Shown here: positions 41,388 through 56,019 of the stretch, piece by piece
Layout of the letters: each line of letters begins with the position of its first letter
How positions within the stretch are numbered: the first letter of the stretch is position 1
DNA from: Octopus vulgaris
Lineage: Eukaryota
Assembly: GCA_951406725.2 (NCBI GenBank)
Contig: OX597816.1
Location: 50,592,001-50,656,000, forward strand
Direction of reading: 5' to 3'
Length of the DNA stretch: 64,000 bases
The notes under the pieces: model-generated
Database searches by the model: none
The model's input: only the letters and a program-made list of their open reading frames with translations
Told to the model about the DNA's origin: nothing
Position numbers and translations under genes: made by a program

Positions 41388-43633
41388 CATATGCATACAC
41401 ACCATTTGTGCTGCTTTAACACTTCCAAAGGAAAACGTCATCAAATAACGCTCGAAGTAATATCTTGCTTCATTTCCTAAGACTTGCTGCCTAAGTAATT
41501 GTTGTTTTCTTCCTCACTGGTTTGTTAAAAGCTTTATATATAACTCCGAGAATATCCAGCTAGCATTTGTTTCTGTCACAAACTATGTTGTATATATCCG
41601 TAAACAACATGCGCAATATTGAAAAATAATTAAGCGTGTTTATGGTTATGTTGTGGAGTCAGCAGTGACGTATGTCCATCTTCATTGTGGAAGTTTTATT
41701 TCACTGATATATCTTAACCAGGCAGCTTTATTCGATTGCTAAATGTAGTAAAACAATTACCAAACACCTCTCACTTATCACTGGATGCAGGAGTTTAGAA
41801 TCAAGCGAAGCAACTGGTTTTATTTCTCCATTCCTTTTACCAACACCCAACATTTATACATGTAGTCATCTAATGGCAAAGCATTTTATCTGGCAGAGCT
41901 AAAGTGTAAACATCTATACATAAAATGAGATTAAAGAATATCGGACATATTTATGTCATTGGTATATATATATCACAAATATGAATGTCGAATAATTATA
42001 TTGATTTAGGCATAAATGTACGTTGATGCACCCAACTACTTTAATCTCATGGTTGAAAGTGTTACTAATTGAGCTGATCGATTTCAATCTCCAAAGTAAT
42101 ATAATTATTGCCATAATTATCAAATGCTAAACATGACAATGTCTTTGTCAGTGATGAACATCAAATTCATTTAAATGTTTCTCATTCGATTTATATCTTT
42201 TAGCTCTTTCATAGTTTCCATAAGTTACAAGGAGATAGGGTTAAATGTTAAACTCTAAAACCTGGTTCCATGCATTAGTAATGATATTTTGAATAACTAG
42301 AAGCAATGAAAGCCTTATAATTATTGCACACTGGAAAAGGCGAATTCATAAATACTATAATAATTATATATTTGATGTGAATCCCCTTTAAGTATTTTAG
42401 AATATATATTTTACATAGATAATCTTGGCAGACTTATTGTATATAAAGAGTAGTGTCGAAATCTTTAAGCATTCTTTACAGAAATAATAACACTTCGTTG
42501 TTCTGAAAGAACTCTTACTTGTATATAGAATCTGACAATTACAGCTCTGTATAAAATATCCGAGTATGTAAACAGACAGTCGTGTTATTGATTATAGCTC
42601 GCTTCTCATCAATTATATCTAGTTAAAATCTACAATCAGAAATGTGAAATATATTCTCTTGAAGCAACAACGAAGATACCTGTAGCTATGTCTCAACACC
42701 TGCTCTCTTTGTTTCTCGTATCAATAATGGTAGTTCAATGCCTTGGAGAATAGCAGTCACATCTCCTCGCAGAATAGAGAGCATTCAGAGTAGTGTTTAA
42801 TTCAATTTGCTTCTAGTTACAAAAGATGTATTTTTCGATGTTTTATCATCATTTATAGTAGACGTTCTACAGATTTTTCTCTCAAATTTTAGATAAAGTT
42901 GCACTGTCACTGTGTTGCCTATCAAAGATATCACGGTGTCTATGAAAGCACACTTTGGTAAACATTGGTCAACTTCGTTATCTGTAGCATATATTGAGAC
43001 GATGCAATACAAGAAATGAGTTATATTTAAAGAAAACTTTTATATGTGAATGCGTTTTGTGTGTGGCGTGTGTTTGTGTGTACGACTTTATATATGCGCG
43101 CCTGTCGTCTCTTGCTATTTTATCTATAACTAACTTTCAAGTGAAACTTTAATTACAATTTACAAGCTTCGTTAGTTTTGACTAATATCACATCTACAGT
43201 ACGTAATATACGTACCTTTTAATTTAAATTCTGAGAACATAGAATATTCAAATGCTTTCTTTTAAATCAGTGGCCATTTAACAATTATTCAACTGAAAAT
43301 CCCTTTCTTATGCTTTTTTATGCAATAGTATATGCCTCATTGTAGAAGCTTTAAACAATCGGCATTTTAAATCACAGCCACATTAATACCTAAAGGTTAT
43401 TAACTGCTTGAATATTTCATTTAAGTTAAATTGAAATCCCTTAATTATTCGCGTGCTTTATGGGACCAACTAACGATTTTATCATTTCCTTTCCATTTTC
43501 CTCTCACTACTTCAGTTAATTTCATAATTGTTTCTATGCAACTATACCCTGTTAATATCTTTTCCACTGTTTGCTTCCTTTTCTTATCTAATTTCATTTC
43601 TCTCTCTCCCACCTCTCTCTCCCTCCCTCTATT

Positions 43634-43641
43634 TATCTATA

Positions 43642-43731
<90 letters not shown>

Positions 43732-43755
43732 CCTATCTAGCTAGCTAGCTAGCTC
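43634..43755. repeat. (TATC)n/(TAGC)n microsatellite
   Basis: Direct reading. Confidence 0.95.
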
Positions 43756-46101
43756 TATGTCTCTTTCTCCCTCTTGATATCTAGATATTTATATATGATA
43801 ACGATATAGCCAGAAAGGAAATCAAACATTATAAGTACTGATCTATATATTGCGTTTAAGAACTCATTTAATACATCCATTCTTATATCAATGAAATATA
43901 CGTAGCATAAAGAAACTTGGGATTAAATTATCGTTCATTAAAATATTGTCTTTATTTTACTTCCTTATTTCTTGTCGTGAACAATATTGATGCTTTTTCT
44001 CTGTAAATAAAAGCATGAAATGAGTTGCAGTGCTTTTTCTCAAAATACGAAACAGCTTCAACAACATCCTACGCCGTGACAATTCGAAAATACTAGAGAT
44101 CAATAGGTTAAGCTTGTTTCGCATTCTAAAATAAGAATGGCAAACTATCAGAAACTTTTAGCATGGAAAATACAAACGGGGACACAATTAAAACCTTATC
44201 TTGCTCACATCTCCCCTATAGATTTACACCTAATTTCCTGTGTGCAGTATCACACCTACTATCTCTCTCCTGTGCTTTACATGACAACGATTAAGGCAAT
44301 TTTATCTACAGCATGTAGTCGTTAAAATACACAAGTGTACAACTAGATATTTCATTATATTTGCTGCTGCCAATATATATCCATTTCAATCGATTGTAAC
44401 TAAGTTAAATCCGGGTTTGGTTGGTTATATTGAAAGACCTCATATCCATTTAGATTGATTAATAGGTAGACAAACTTCAAATATTTATAGAGGATGTGTT
44501 CGTCGTGATTTCGTTTCACCAATCAGTGAAAGAATTAAATAATCTCATGCACTGTCAGGTTTCAAAGGTATAATTAGATTATTTCGGACGATTTTTCAGT
44601 CAAAGTTTACTGTAGAAAAAAGGACTTTCAAATCTCTTTACTATGATCGTAACACAATTCAAGAAACATTTTAAAACTCCTGTTCTACGAATTTCTGACA
44701 AATGGATTAAGTGACAGCGTACTATACACAAAGTGTGGCTAATGATTTACAAGTTCTGAGTTCACATCAAATTAAAGTATTGGAGATAGTAGATTTTGTG
44801 CACTGAACATTTTCCCTGGTTACTATATTAAAATCATAATGACCATACTCTAGATAAATGTAAATCTCATGGCAGATGTTTTCCTGTTTTCAATCTGTAT
44901 AATTTATGCACCAAAATTATACAGTGTGGTTGATTGTATCGACTGTACTTCTTCGCAAAAATTGCTTCATTTCTTGTGACCAGAAACTAATATCTTTTTC
45001 TTTTGAATTAAAAAAAAATATGGTTTAAATTCAAAAATGTCATTTGAAATTCTTCACACATATTGCCTTTTTAATAAAAGAGAAAGAAATTTTTTTCTGA
45101 AAGACTTGCTATATTCCTGAGAAAATTTGACACATATATTTTGCCTATTCAGGAAATTCAAAATCATTTAAATCACAAGCTAAGCAAAGATTAATTCATC
45201 GCTTTGTAGATATAATTTATAGAAAGATGTATGCAAAGTGTATTTTGATAATTTAAAATTATTACTTTGCACATTGCATTAATAGGAAATATTCTTTTGA
45301 AGGAAAAGAACTCAATCTATATTAAGTTTCCTTGATATTAAAAGGAAAGATAACGGTTGGGCCTTATTTGCTTTTACGCTACTATCTTTTAACACATCAT
45401 TCCGTTTACAAGACTAATAAAAATCAAACGCTAGCAATAAAGAGAATATATAAATATTATGTGTAACTAATGTAACTTTGTACTTGAATATATACATACA
45501 TATGTACTTAAAGAACATACACAAACACATCCGCATCCAAATGTACACAAATTCACAACGATTACAGACGCCTATAAATAAATGTCTGTGTTTTTGTGTA
45601 GTTATATATTCTTACAATGGTGGAGGTGGGGGAGTAACTGTGTTTCTTAGTACTTTGCTTTGCAAATATAAAATCACATTTTCAATCCCACTGCAGGCTG
45701 TATGACTCAAATAACCTTTAACATTGAGTCGAGACAACACAATTTTGTGAAGTCATTAGCCGCAAATAACGATGTTGGCACCCAGGCGATAGTTTATAAC
45801 AGTAATTGCAAAATATAGCGGCCCACGATGTAATTCTGATATAATTGTACATCACATTTGCAGCATATTAAGCTAAATATCCTATACATTACTAAATGGC
45901 CTGTCCATTTGAATGAAGATCTGAAACACACATCGGGGAAATTGATGAAGGATTCATTTAATTTACTGTGTATAACAATTCATGTGTATTCACAAAGAAT
46001 ATATATACATATATATTGTTTATATATATATATAAGAATATTTTGCGTAAGAAGATAAAAAACCAAGGCTGTACAGATATTAGAGCAATTATAGATAGAC
46101 G

Positions 46102-46153
46102 GTCTTACAGCTGTTTCTAGGATATTAATTAATAATATCCCTTCATTGGAGAC
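46102..46153 (-). ncRNA. Degenerate type I hammerhead motif in a pLTR-like fragment
   Basis: Minus: GTCT-CCAATGA-AGGGATATT ATTAATT AATATCCTA-GAAA-CAGCTG-TA-AGAC; stems I-III pair, ACAGCTGT palindrome, core G5 mutated. Confidence 0.6.
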
Positions 46154-46544
46154 TATTAAGTGTATATATTACTCCCTGAATAACATAGTTGTTAGTAATT
46201 GTTATCTGACCAAAAAGGGAGTGAGAGTGATTTCCATTCTCAGATTTCTGTGTAAAACGTCCACTCGTATTACTGATTCGCTATCGTTTGTGTTCTCTTC
46301 CAAAACATATGCTAATGATATAAACTGGACACTCGGTCCAGTGGGGGAAGCTCCTTTCCCCGTAGATTTGATTTGTCCCTTCCCATTGAGAGTGGCGAGC
46401 CAATAAAAAAAGTAAAAGAAAAATCTTGCACTTAATGCATGCTCTTTTCTTTTTTAATTCTCCGAACTTCTATAGTTTTTCTGATTTGTTAATGAGCTAC
46501 ACACGCCTAACGGATGTAGCTCAATCCGTTTATTTTCAGAATGG

Positions 46545-46960
46545 GCGCTAGCTTGTGAGGCTGTGTGGTAAGAAGTTCACTTCCAAACCACATAGTTCCC
46601 GATTCAGTTCTACTGTGTGGCATATTGGACAAGTGTCTTCTATTACAGTACCGGGGGAACCAAAGCCAAGTGTATTTTGTAGACCGAAAATGAAAGAAGC
46701 ACACTATATATACGTGTATGTAAATATATGTGCGTGAGCGCGTGATATTATGTTTATATTTGTCATTACTCCCTATTTGTCACACGGTGTTGTTTTGTTT
46801 ACATCTTCGTAACTTAGCAGCTTAGGCAAAAGAGGATAGAAATAGAATCAAATTTATAAAAGAAAATACACATTGAAGTTGATTTTTTTCGATTTCACTC
46901 TTAAGGGTAAGGATATCCTAGCATCAACAGACCAATAACTGAAAGAAGTTAAAGATAAAC
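46545..46960 (+). mobile_element. SINE family A, old diverged copy
   Basis: GGCTGTGTGGTAAGAAG...GGACAAGTGTCTTCTATTACAG...GAAAATGAAAGAAGC...CGTAACTTAGC. Confidence 0.65.
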
Positions 46961-49900
46961 GATAAAATAACAGCAATTTATTAAAAGTCAACATGTAAGA
47001 TTTTTAGAGCTTTGATGTATGTTTTGATTCTATACCGTTGTATTTTAAAGAAGGGTTCTTGAGCAACATAAAATCATTCAACGATAACAGTATTTCAGTG
47101 AGAGCATGCAGCTCAAAGAGAAATTCCGCAACAGATAATAATAATGATGGTAAATAAATAAAATCAATTGAAAAAAAAACCGGCTTAAGCGAGGACAAAT
47201 CAATAAAAGTTGAGGTGAAGAGGATACTTGCTACCGCAGTTTAAACAGTAATACTATAAAAATTGCTCTCCCAATATTAAAGTTGAATTTTCAAACACAC
47301 CTTTTCTAAACTCAATATTGATTTTGAAATCCACTATGAGCTTCACAGAAAAAAATAGCAAGTAAATTTCAACATTTTATTAACTGAATATTATTGTCCT
47401 CATAATTACAGACAGAATTTTGGTGTCACTTTTAATGTAAATTTTATTGAATGTTGTTTGCTTACTTGTCATTAACTCACGACTATTAACCTAACGTGTT
47501 AAGAAAAAATCGTGATATGTGACATGGCAAAGATTAAATATTTCCAGTATACTAGAGACATGAGTGATACGTTCTGCAATTACTAGATCTAACGTGGCAT
47601 TGAGCTGCTAGAGCAAAGAAAGAGCAGCAGAAAGAAGTGTGTTAGACGGTCATACAACAGAACTGACCACTTGCAGGTTATAAACAGTTTCATTATAGCA
47701 ATACTGTAATTCCTCACGTAATATCAATGAATCGACTTATCAAACCTGACGTAAAATGAAATGGAATTTTGGTCCACAAAAATGTAGAATCAATATACCA
47801 AACATATGAAGAAACATTGAAAAAAGGAAACAAAAATAACTTTAGGTTAACAGGAAAACGTATGGAGAGACATACTAACGATGGAAAGAAAACACAACTC
47901 CACCACCGCAGAGCAGAGCGTAAATAGGCACAGCAGCACAAGAGAATATAAAGACAGTAACACACAATGTACAGACCTGCAGAGATAAAATTATAGTAAA
48001 CAAGGTACAGACAACTGTAAACCTAACAATGACGAGTAATAGTATTAAGAAGTGACCTTTAATGCCAAGACAAATGAATAGATACAACGATTTAAATGAT
48101 ATTGATGAAAGTAAAAGATTGTTTGAAGAGATTAAACTTATATGAAGTGAAGACAGACTAAAAACCGAAAACATATCACATGACATAAGAACGGAGCTCT
48201 GTTCAAACGAAGAATGCTTTAGAAATACTTAAAGAACATAATATAAACATTGAGTATGCACATCATAAACTAAATGTTCTAATGCAGAACGTGTAGCCAT
48301 AGCAGTAAGTATTGGAGAGAGGAGAATACTAGAAAACCTAAAATATCGAGTTTGAAAACAAAATATTCAGAAAGAAATTAATTGTAACAAACCAGAAAGT
48401 AGTAAGATATGAAACCTAAGCCTGAATTTTAAAAATAATCTTCCGAAAAATAACGTTACGTAATGAACTTAAAAAGAGAACAAGTCGAACAGGACATTAA
48501 ATTCAAATTCATCAGAAAGTCTACCGCAAGAGTAAAGAATACTCTTATTAAAATCAGCACAATGTGATGACGCTAAAGCTTACAGACGAACTATATGTCT
48601 TTTTTAACGGATTAGTATGATTTTAAAGGGCGACCTCATCCTTGGAAAAGAGCATGCCGGTAATTGTAGCCGTAGATGTTACAAATTTCAACTGCTGAGA
48701 TGTGTAAATGATAAAAAAATATAAGCGCAAAAATGATAAGTTTATAGTAGTTTTATATAGCTAACACATATTACGTATTTATCACGACGTATTGTTTGTG
48801 GCGATATATTAAACGAGTGTATTTTCATACGTGAGCAGCAGCTACATGCGCAAGAACAGAGAAAACTCTTTATTTATACGAAGAACATATATATTTACGT
48901 ATCCAACTCATAGATTCCTCAAAACCACTTCACTTATATGTGTCATTTAGTATGCTTGATATGTATAGAGAAAACTCACGACAAAACATTTTTTAAGCAA
49001 TTAATGAAAGAGTAAAAACAAAGAGTAGAGGGCGATAATTCCCTGAAATATATAAAAATTTAGGTGTGGCAAACAGTGCATTTGGCTTCAAAATCCACAG
49101 AAGAAAGGAGAGTGTGAAGGCATAATAATTTGGGTTCAGAAATATTGTCATACAAGGAGTTATCACAGGCATTTTCCGAAGAAAATATCAACTTGGTGTG
49201 TTGTATGCGAGGATCATTGGCGAAGAACTAGCGGGGTACCCATATAAGGGGGTAGAATTGATTTTGTTCTACTCTTAAACGTTACTAATTGTGCATGAGG
49301 ATGATGATGATGATGATGGTGACAATTGTTTATAATTAAGGTACAAGGTTACACATTTTGAGGGGTGGGGATTATTTGTTACGATCGCTCTCATCCAATA
49401 AAAATATCATAGAGCATTTTGTGTGACACCCTGCGAAAACTAAAAACACACCTCTCTTCGCATATTATAAGTTGTTTAAGATCTAATCAAACGGGCAACC
49501 AATTTTATTGATATTGGAAAGAAGAAATATATTCATTCTCTAAAGGGGGAAGATATGACATTAGTATTTTGACTGATACTCTAAATGATTCCACTAATCA
49601 TTTTGCGAGGCCTCCTGGCGATTCTGCTGCACACTACCATTACGGTGCTGTCAGTCAATCACCCTTAAATTAATAATGTTTTTTATTGAGACAGAATTCG
49701 GTTAGTATGAGGAATGTAGGTTAGCTGATACAAAGAAGTACAGTATTAGACTGGTAATCGTTTTATCTACCGGATTGAATCAAAGGTAGAGTTAACTCCG
49801 GCTGAAATTTAACTTTGAACGTAAACAGTCGGAAAAGATATTGCAAACCAATTTTCCTCTCGCTGTCATGATACTGCCAGTCAGTTTCTCTTAGCGTAAT

Positions 49901-50689
49901 AAGAATAATAGCAAGAACAATAACAGAATAAAAAACATCGGTCTGAAACGTATGTATTAACACTGAATATTTGTCAACGAAAGGATCAGTTATTGCAGAC
50001 ATTATATAGCATAAAATAAATGGAAAAATCATGATGCATAATGATTTCAAAAGAGTATGTTAGATATATTCTTTAGGTTATTAGCGTCACGGAGCATCAA
50101 CAAAACAGCTTTAGTTATAAAGAAGCATATCGATCACATTTTATTAAATAGAAAAAAAAAAAAGAAATTCAAAACAATTGATTTTTAATGAGACGACAAC
50201 ACCTTGCGCTGTACTTATAAGAAAATGAAAATGTTCTAGTAAACTTCAAATTCACAATTTATATTAGGTTAGCTTTGGTAGGATTAAACAATTTTGCAGA
50301 AATAAACAAATGACTATTCTAAATAATATGAACATGTTTAAGCAATGGATTTTTACGTAATCTATTGACTGTTCGAGACGCTAACAAAATGTCCCCCCGA
50401 ATTACATCTTACTGTACTAAAGTGAACGTAGTGGATTGTCTCACGATTGTCTAACAAGAACCTCTGATGAGAGGCTGGAGGGCCTTTCATCATAAATCTG
50501 CTCGGTCGTTTCTTTTAATGGACGACAAGAAGCTTTCATTGCCTGTCAATGACGCTTTCCTCTGCCTGTTCATGACGCTCTCAGCTACTCGGAGAAAATG
50601 TAGCTAGATTAAAACTCAAGATAGAATAAGATTTAGCCAAGCAGTCAGCTACCTTGTACAGATCCTATATATCAGTCATGGTGGTAATT

Positions 50690-51960
50690 CAAACGACGAT
50701 TGCATAAAATATTGTTTGTAAAAGTGGTGTGAAAATTATCACCGAACTAAAATCACAACTCCAATCACAGAAAGCTCTGCGGAAGACCACGCTAACAGTA
50801 CTAAACACAATGCGTTCAGCAGTAGACCTCAAAATAAACCGTATGAAATCACAATAAATACGGTAAGAAACCGTAGCACAAAAGCAAATACTGGGAAGTG
50901 AGGAAAGGAAATTCATCAGGTGAAAAAGTACATCTTATTTACTTGGAAGAGATATTAAACATATTTCAAGACATGTAAAGTGCAGAGTAAAAATCATGGT
51001 GGAACGTGTTCTCATCGATTAAAGATTTGCCACCTGAACAAGAGACTGTGACAATTTTAAATCTCTAGAATAATATTGTCCTACGCACGCACTTAGACGC
51101 AAATGAGTCATGGGTTGCAATAAAGACGGAGGACCTGCCATTGAGTATGTCATGGAGTATGGTATAGAAATGCCATTGCGGATGGCATTGAATATGGCAT
51201 AGAGTCACAATATTCCCGTGGGAACATTTTCTAAAGGAGTTAACATAAAACCAGCGGAAGATGTTCCATGTTGAAGGTGCAAAGTCATGAAAATTACTGC
51301 TATACAACAGCCCGTTTTTAGGAGTAGTGGAGTAGTAGACAAACATATTCAAGATAATTTGGTAGACTTCCAAGACATTAGGAGGGTGACATGGTCAGCA
51401 CACTCGTGTGCAAATGAAAGAGAATGTTTAAAAATGATGAATAAGGGCATCGGAAAATATGCTCTTCATATCATTGAGCTATTAGACAATATAAACCACA
51501 TATTCATTCCTGAAATGTATTGAAAGCTACCACTATGTTATCCACTATGGGTGCAATGCCATAAACAAGAATTTATCTAAAAGCAGCACTTAGACATGGA
51601 ACACAGATCTATTCTTTGAAATTGGGACCATACAATAGCATGTATTGTTTAATATGCAAATATTTCGAACTGTGGAACACATTTATCCTCATGAGTAAGT
51701 TTAGAATTTTAAAATTTCGAACAGTGTTATTCAAGAAAATGATATTAAACATTCATTATTGCTTGAAAATAAATAATGTGGAAGCAATTCCACTGAAATG
51801 GAATAAGTATCGCAGTGGAGACAACATAAAGAAGAGTAAAGCGAACATGGTAGTGAAGCTGGCAAGAGGAAAGGAAATTAATTTAACCAAATGGTGAGCA
51901 ACTCTCAAAGAAAGTGTGTTAAAGAAAAAGAATGCCAGTGGATAATTTTAACAATTATCG
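50690..51960 (+). mobile_element. L1/Tx1-like LINE 3' relic
   Basis: A-rich decayed coding-like tract; YCLICKYFE-(T)VEHI near 51640-51685 resembles the C-terminal CCHC knuckle of L1-group ORF2. Confidence 0.4.
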
Positions 51961-52324
51961 ACATTGAACAATTGTAGTGTATAAATATTGGTCACTTCCA
52001 TAGAATAAAAGATATACATTATATGCCTTGTAATTACCTTCGCATTCGATGATCTCCTAAAGAGTGGAATAGTCTGGGATATACGCCCAGAATATTTTAT
52101 GAAATACTTGGAAGCAAAGATAAACTAATTAAAATAATAACCTTGTATTAAAATCACAAACACACGCACACACACACATATATATGTATGTATATATATA
52201 TATATATATATCACTACTACTACTACTACTACTACTATGTGTGTGTATACTACAGTTTTTTAGTATTATTTTAACTTACTACACACACACACACACACAC
52301 ACACATATGTACGTATATGTATAT

Positions 52325-52756
52325 TCAGATTTAGCCAAAAGCCAACCGACAGTAAATCAAAATTCCATAAATACTATCTGTAATTCTGTATGGAAAAATG
52401 TGTCGCTCAACAAATGATTCAGTTTGAAGAATTTCCTTAATGTTTGATACTTGCGGTATGGGCAGTTGCCCCACCTTGGTGGAACTATGTGTGAGCTCTG
52501 CTTAAAAAGGTCTCAGTCGTGGATACCTGAAAGAGAGATTTTGTTCAACAAACCGGAGACGCTGGAAAGAGTACGGGCGTGCGAAGCCGAAAATGGTTGG
52601 CATTTAAGCAATGTTATTTTTTTCATATGTGATGTAGAGGCGTTGCAAAATTTTACGTGTGCATCTTAATTCCCATTATATTGTATCAAAATTTCTTGCG
52701 TTTATTTGTAGAGTTTTTAAAAATTGAAACCTATCAGTGACTTTTGGGACACAGTG

Positions 52757-52757
<1 letters not shown>
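52325..52757 (+). mobile_element. Tc1/mariner non-autonomous relic
   Basis: Ends in TTTTGGGACACAGTG-TA (TIR-like); ERVRACEAENGWHL resembles a transposase C-terminus. Confidence 0.45.
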
Positions 52758-52804
<47 letters not shown>

Positions 52805-52845
52805 CCCATACACATATGTACAAAGATATATATATATATATATAT

Positions 52846-53320
52846 ACAGTGTGGGGTAGAGAGGATGGGAGTTTTTGAAGTCGCTATTACCTCAGCTCCA
52901 CTGGAAGCTACATATGTCCGACAGGTATCATTCTGTTCGTGTTGTCTTAGATTAATTTTCTTTTCTGTTCAGGTGAAGCCATGGCGTTGTTGACGATAGA
53001 ATATCGCGTGTTTGCCTACGACTGATGCGTGAAGAATGACGAGACTGTTACACCAATTCAGCGTATGTTTTGGCAGCGCTTCATCATTCACATTCACCGA
53101 AATCAGGCTGTTCCCACCCGTAACACAATCTTAGGAACAGGAGACCAGTGGGGCGCCACAAATGGTATGAATCCGGGAAAATGTGGAATATGTCAGAAAG
53201 CTCTGTAACAGAGTCTGAATCATTCTGCTTGGAGGTATTCCATTGAACTTGGCATCGGTAATCAATCGATAAGGCGTATTCCGTATGAAGACTTGCATTT
53301 CGACTCGTACAGCCATACCA
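52846..53320 (+). pseudogene. Tc1/mariner transposase N-terminal relic (DUF4817-like HTH)
   Basis: TA-CAGTGTG start; MALLTIEYRVFAYD*CVKNDETVTPIQRMFWQRF...PTRNTIL then ENVEYVR...ELGIGNQSIRRIPYEDLHF. Confidence 0.65.
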
Positions 53321-54256
53321 GCGTCAACAACCTGCTGACAGAAACGAGTAAATGTGTGCCAACAGGAGGCAAATAATGCCTGTAAACCTCTTACCTCAAG
53401 GCATCAATAAATGTTGAATCACTTATCCCCAATGTATCAATGTATGAAATGCAGTCAGTAAAGGTAAACTACCAATGCTTACCTGTCGACTATAGCAATA
53501 ACAGTAAAACAATCGACCGGAATATTTCTGAAATTGAAAGTTACAAAACAATATATATAACTGCATGTCCACGTAAATGATATATTAGACAACTATTATT
53601 ATAAGTAGGCAGGTGCACATGGAGACTGAGAAAAGTGACACAGTTCGTAAAAAGTCTGGTGTATGCGAAAAATATGTATACTGTAGTCTAGAATAGTGAG
53701 ATTAATATAAGTTTTCCATGCATCACAGTGCGGTATGCGCAACACAATCTAATTGTACAATTTATATCTAAACCTTCAGCGAAACTCACGCTACACTTAT
53801 TATACACCGTAACGACCTATCCAGAAAAAAAAAAGCATTTTGCAACATCAACAGGATTGTCCTTCGTAAACCAAACGAAGCAATATATGATCATGAAAAT
53901 ATTTGGCCAATTTCAAGTAAAAAAATCAATCTATAATGTATGGTGGATAGTCACGCTTTTATGACAAGGGACATGCATAAGATTGGATTCAAATAAAGAC
54001 ATGAAGAGAACTTCAAAGCTGCCCTCAGGCACATTCGGAGCGAGGAATCATGTCGATATCGGTGAGGATTGAATGAGATTGTATGTAAACCTAATCTAAC
54101 AGAGGGTAGAATTTTCATCGGCATGTGTTGAGATTCAAAATGTTTCATATTTCCTTAAGATTATATATATTTACTAAATGTGTATTCCCTATATATTTAC
54201 TTAATTACGTGTATCCTAAAAACAATATTATATATGGTAGTATATGTGTGCCAAAA

Positions 54257-54440
54257 GGCAGCGATCTGGCAAAATGCATAGCGGTATTTTGTCGTCGCTA
54301 CGTTCTGAGTTCGAATTCCATCGAGGTCGATTTTGCCTTTCATCCATTTTAGATCGATAAAATAAGATCTAGTTGTGTAGTGGGTTCGATGTAATCTACT
54401 AGAACTTTCTCCAGAAATTACTGTGCTTTTTAAAATTTGA
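54257..54440 (+). mobile_element. SINE family B, diverged
   Basis: GGCAGCGATCTGGCA...GTTCTGAGTTCGAATTCC..GAGGTCGATTTTGCCTTTCATCC. Confidence 0.65.
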
Positions 54441-54641
54441 AACTTTCTATTATACATTGTAAAGCATATATGAGGTGAACTTGAAGGCAATAACGATCTT
54501 AATATCAATAATATAATTAATGATTTCTCTAGAAAAGAAGAGCTAAAAGAAAAATGAAAAATGTATTATATTATTATATTTGTAAATACTACATTTATAT
54601 ATAATGAATTATCTTCTTCATACACAATACATACATACATG

Positions 54642-54680
<39 letters not shown>

Positions 54681-55206
54681 GATGCAATTCTATTCATATC
54701 GTTTAATTTTAATATCACTGGAAAAGTTTGCAAAAACAGTTTTCTCTTCAATAATTTCCATTTCACTAGGAGTTATTCTTGCTTATTCTTACATATGAAG
54801 AATTAAAAAGTTATTATTCCACTAGAATGAATTCAATATGTAAATATTTTCTCTTCCAGCGTAAGGATTTATTCAATTGCCATTTATATTTTTGCATGTT
54901 AGTATACAATGAACTACTATACTATAGCTTAGATATATATGCTCTATTTATGTATATGGTTAATTACTTTAAGATTTTGCAAGCAACTGGAATTAATTTA
55001 AATTGGTATTGTTAATACATACGTTTCCAAATACTCTTTTATTTTCTATCTATTATCTTTTATAATTCTATTGTTAATTGCCAACTTATTTGCACCGTTG
55101 TTAGGGCGACTCTGCAGTTGAACAATTCTGTAGCACGTAGTAAAAAAAGAATATTATCAGCGGCTAGAGATGGTTATAAATCTCTTAAACAGTAAGAGAA
55201 TTATAG

Positions 55207-55470
55207 GACGTCGATATAATCGACTTAATCCGATTGTCTGCCCTTGTTTGTTCTCTCTGTGTTTACCCCTTGTGGGTAGTAAAGAAATAGGTATTTCGCC
55301 TGCCATTACGTTCTGAGTTCAAATTCCGCCGAGGTCGACTTTGCTTTTCATTATTTCGGGGTCGATACATTAGGTGCCAGTTACGCACTGGGGTCAGTGT
55401 AATTGACTTAATCTCTTTGTCTATCCTTGTTTGGCGCCTGTGTTTAGCCCCTGGTGGGCTATAGAGAAAA
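55207..55470 (+). mobile_element. SINE family B, tail-to-middle composite
   Basis: 3' tail joined at AAATAGGTATTTCG to an internal segment, then a second tail. Confidence 0.75.
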
Positions 55471-55514
55471 AATAGAATTAAAGGACAGAAGAATAATACA
55501 ATAACAAGTTACAT

Positions 55515-56000
55515 AAAACATCGAATTGCCTCCACAGCCCGATGAATTCTCACCACAACAGGTAGATGTGCAAGTAATGGACACTGGTTGTGTTAATTAT
55601 AGCCGCTCAGGAATAAGTCATGAGGACATATCTCATGACGATAAATGTCGACAAAATTCGACACAGGTAAATGCCAGAGAAATGTTGTAAGATAGCACAA
55701 AAGCAATATTAGCGCTGAAATGACCATGGAGGTAAAAGAGTACACTGGGAGTGTGGCTTCAAAATATCAGGAAATTGATAGGGACACTAACCAGTAGAGA
55801 TTATTGGACACAGAACTGAGAATTCAGCCCATAGTGACAGTTGCAACTGGAACCACACTAAAATAATGCGTAAGGGACCGTAGGATATCACAATTCAGAT
55901 TCACAATACTGACTTGGAGAAATGTGCTATTATGTATACTGCAAGAAACTTAAGCAAGACTCTTGAGACTTGTCGATAAACCTCACAATAAGATCACCGC
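55515..56000 (+). mobile_element. R4/Dong-type LINE 3' relic 1
   Basis: LIIAAQE, CKIAQKQY, SKYQEI, RIQPIVTVATGT, LEKCAIMYTARNLSKTL. Confidence 0.6.
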
Positions 56001-56019
56001 TAACTATCATAACACGTAC

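Noticed and set aside
42688-42753. Signal-peptide-like micro-ORF MSQHLLSLFLVSIMVVQCLGE*
   Set aside because: Immediate stop, no good donor site and no supporting downstream frame.
47700-48620. A-rich decayed coding-like tract, possibly LINE ORF1
   Set aside because: No diagnostic motif could be read, so it is left unclassified.
50464-50492. CTGATGA-GAGGC...GCCTT hairpin
   Set aside because: It is followed by TCATCA rather than GAAA; a simple hairpin, not a hammerhead.
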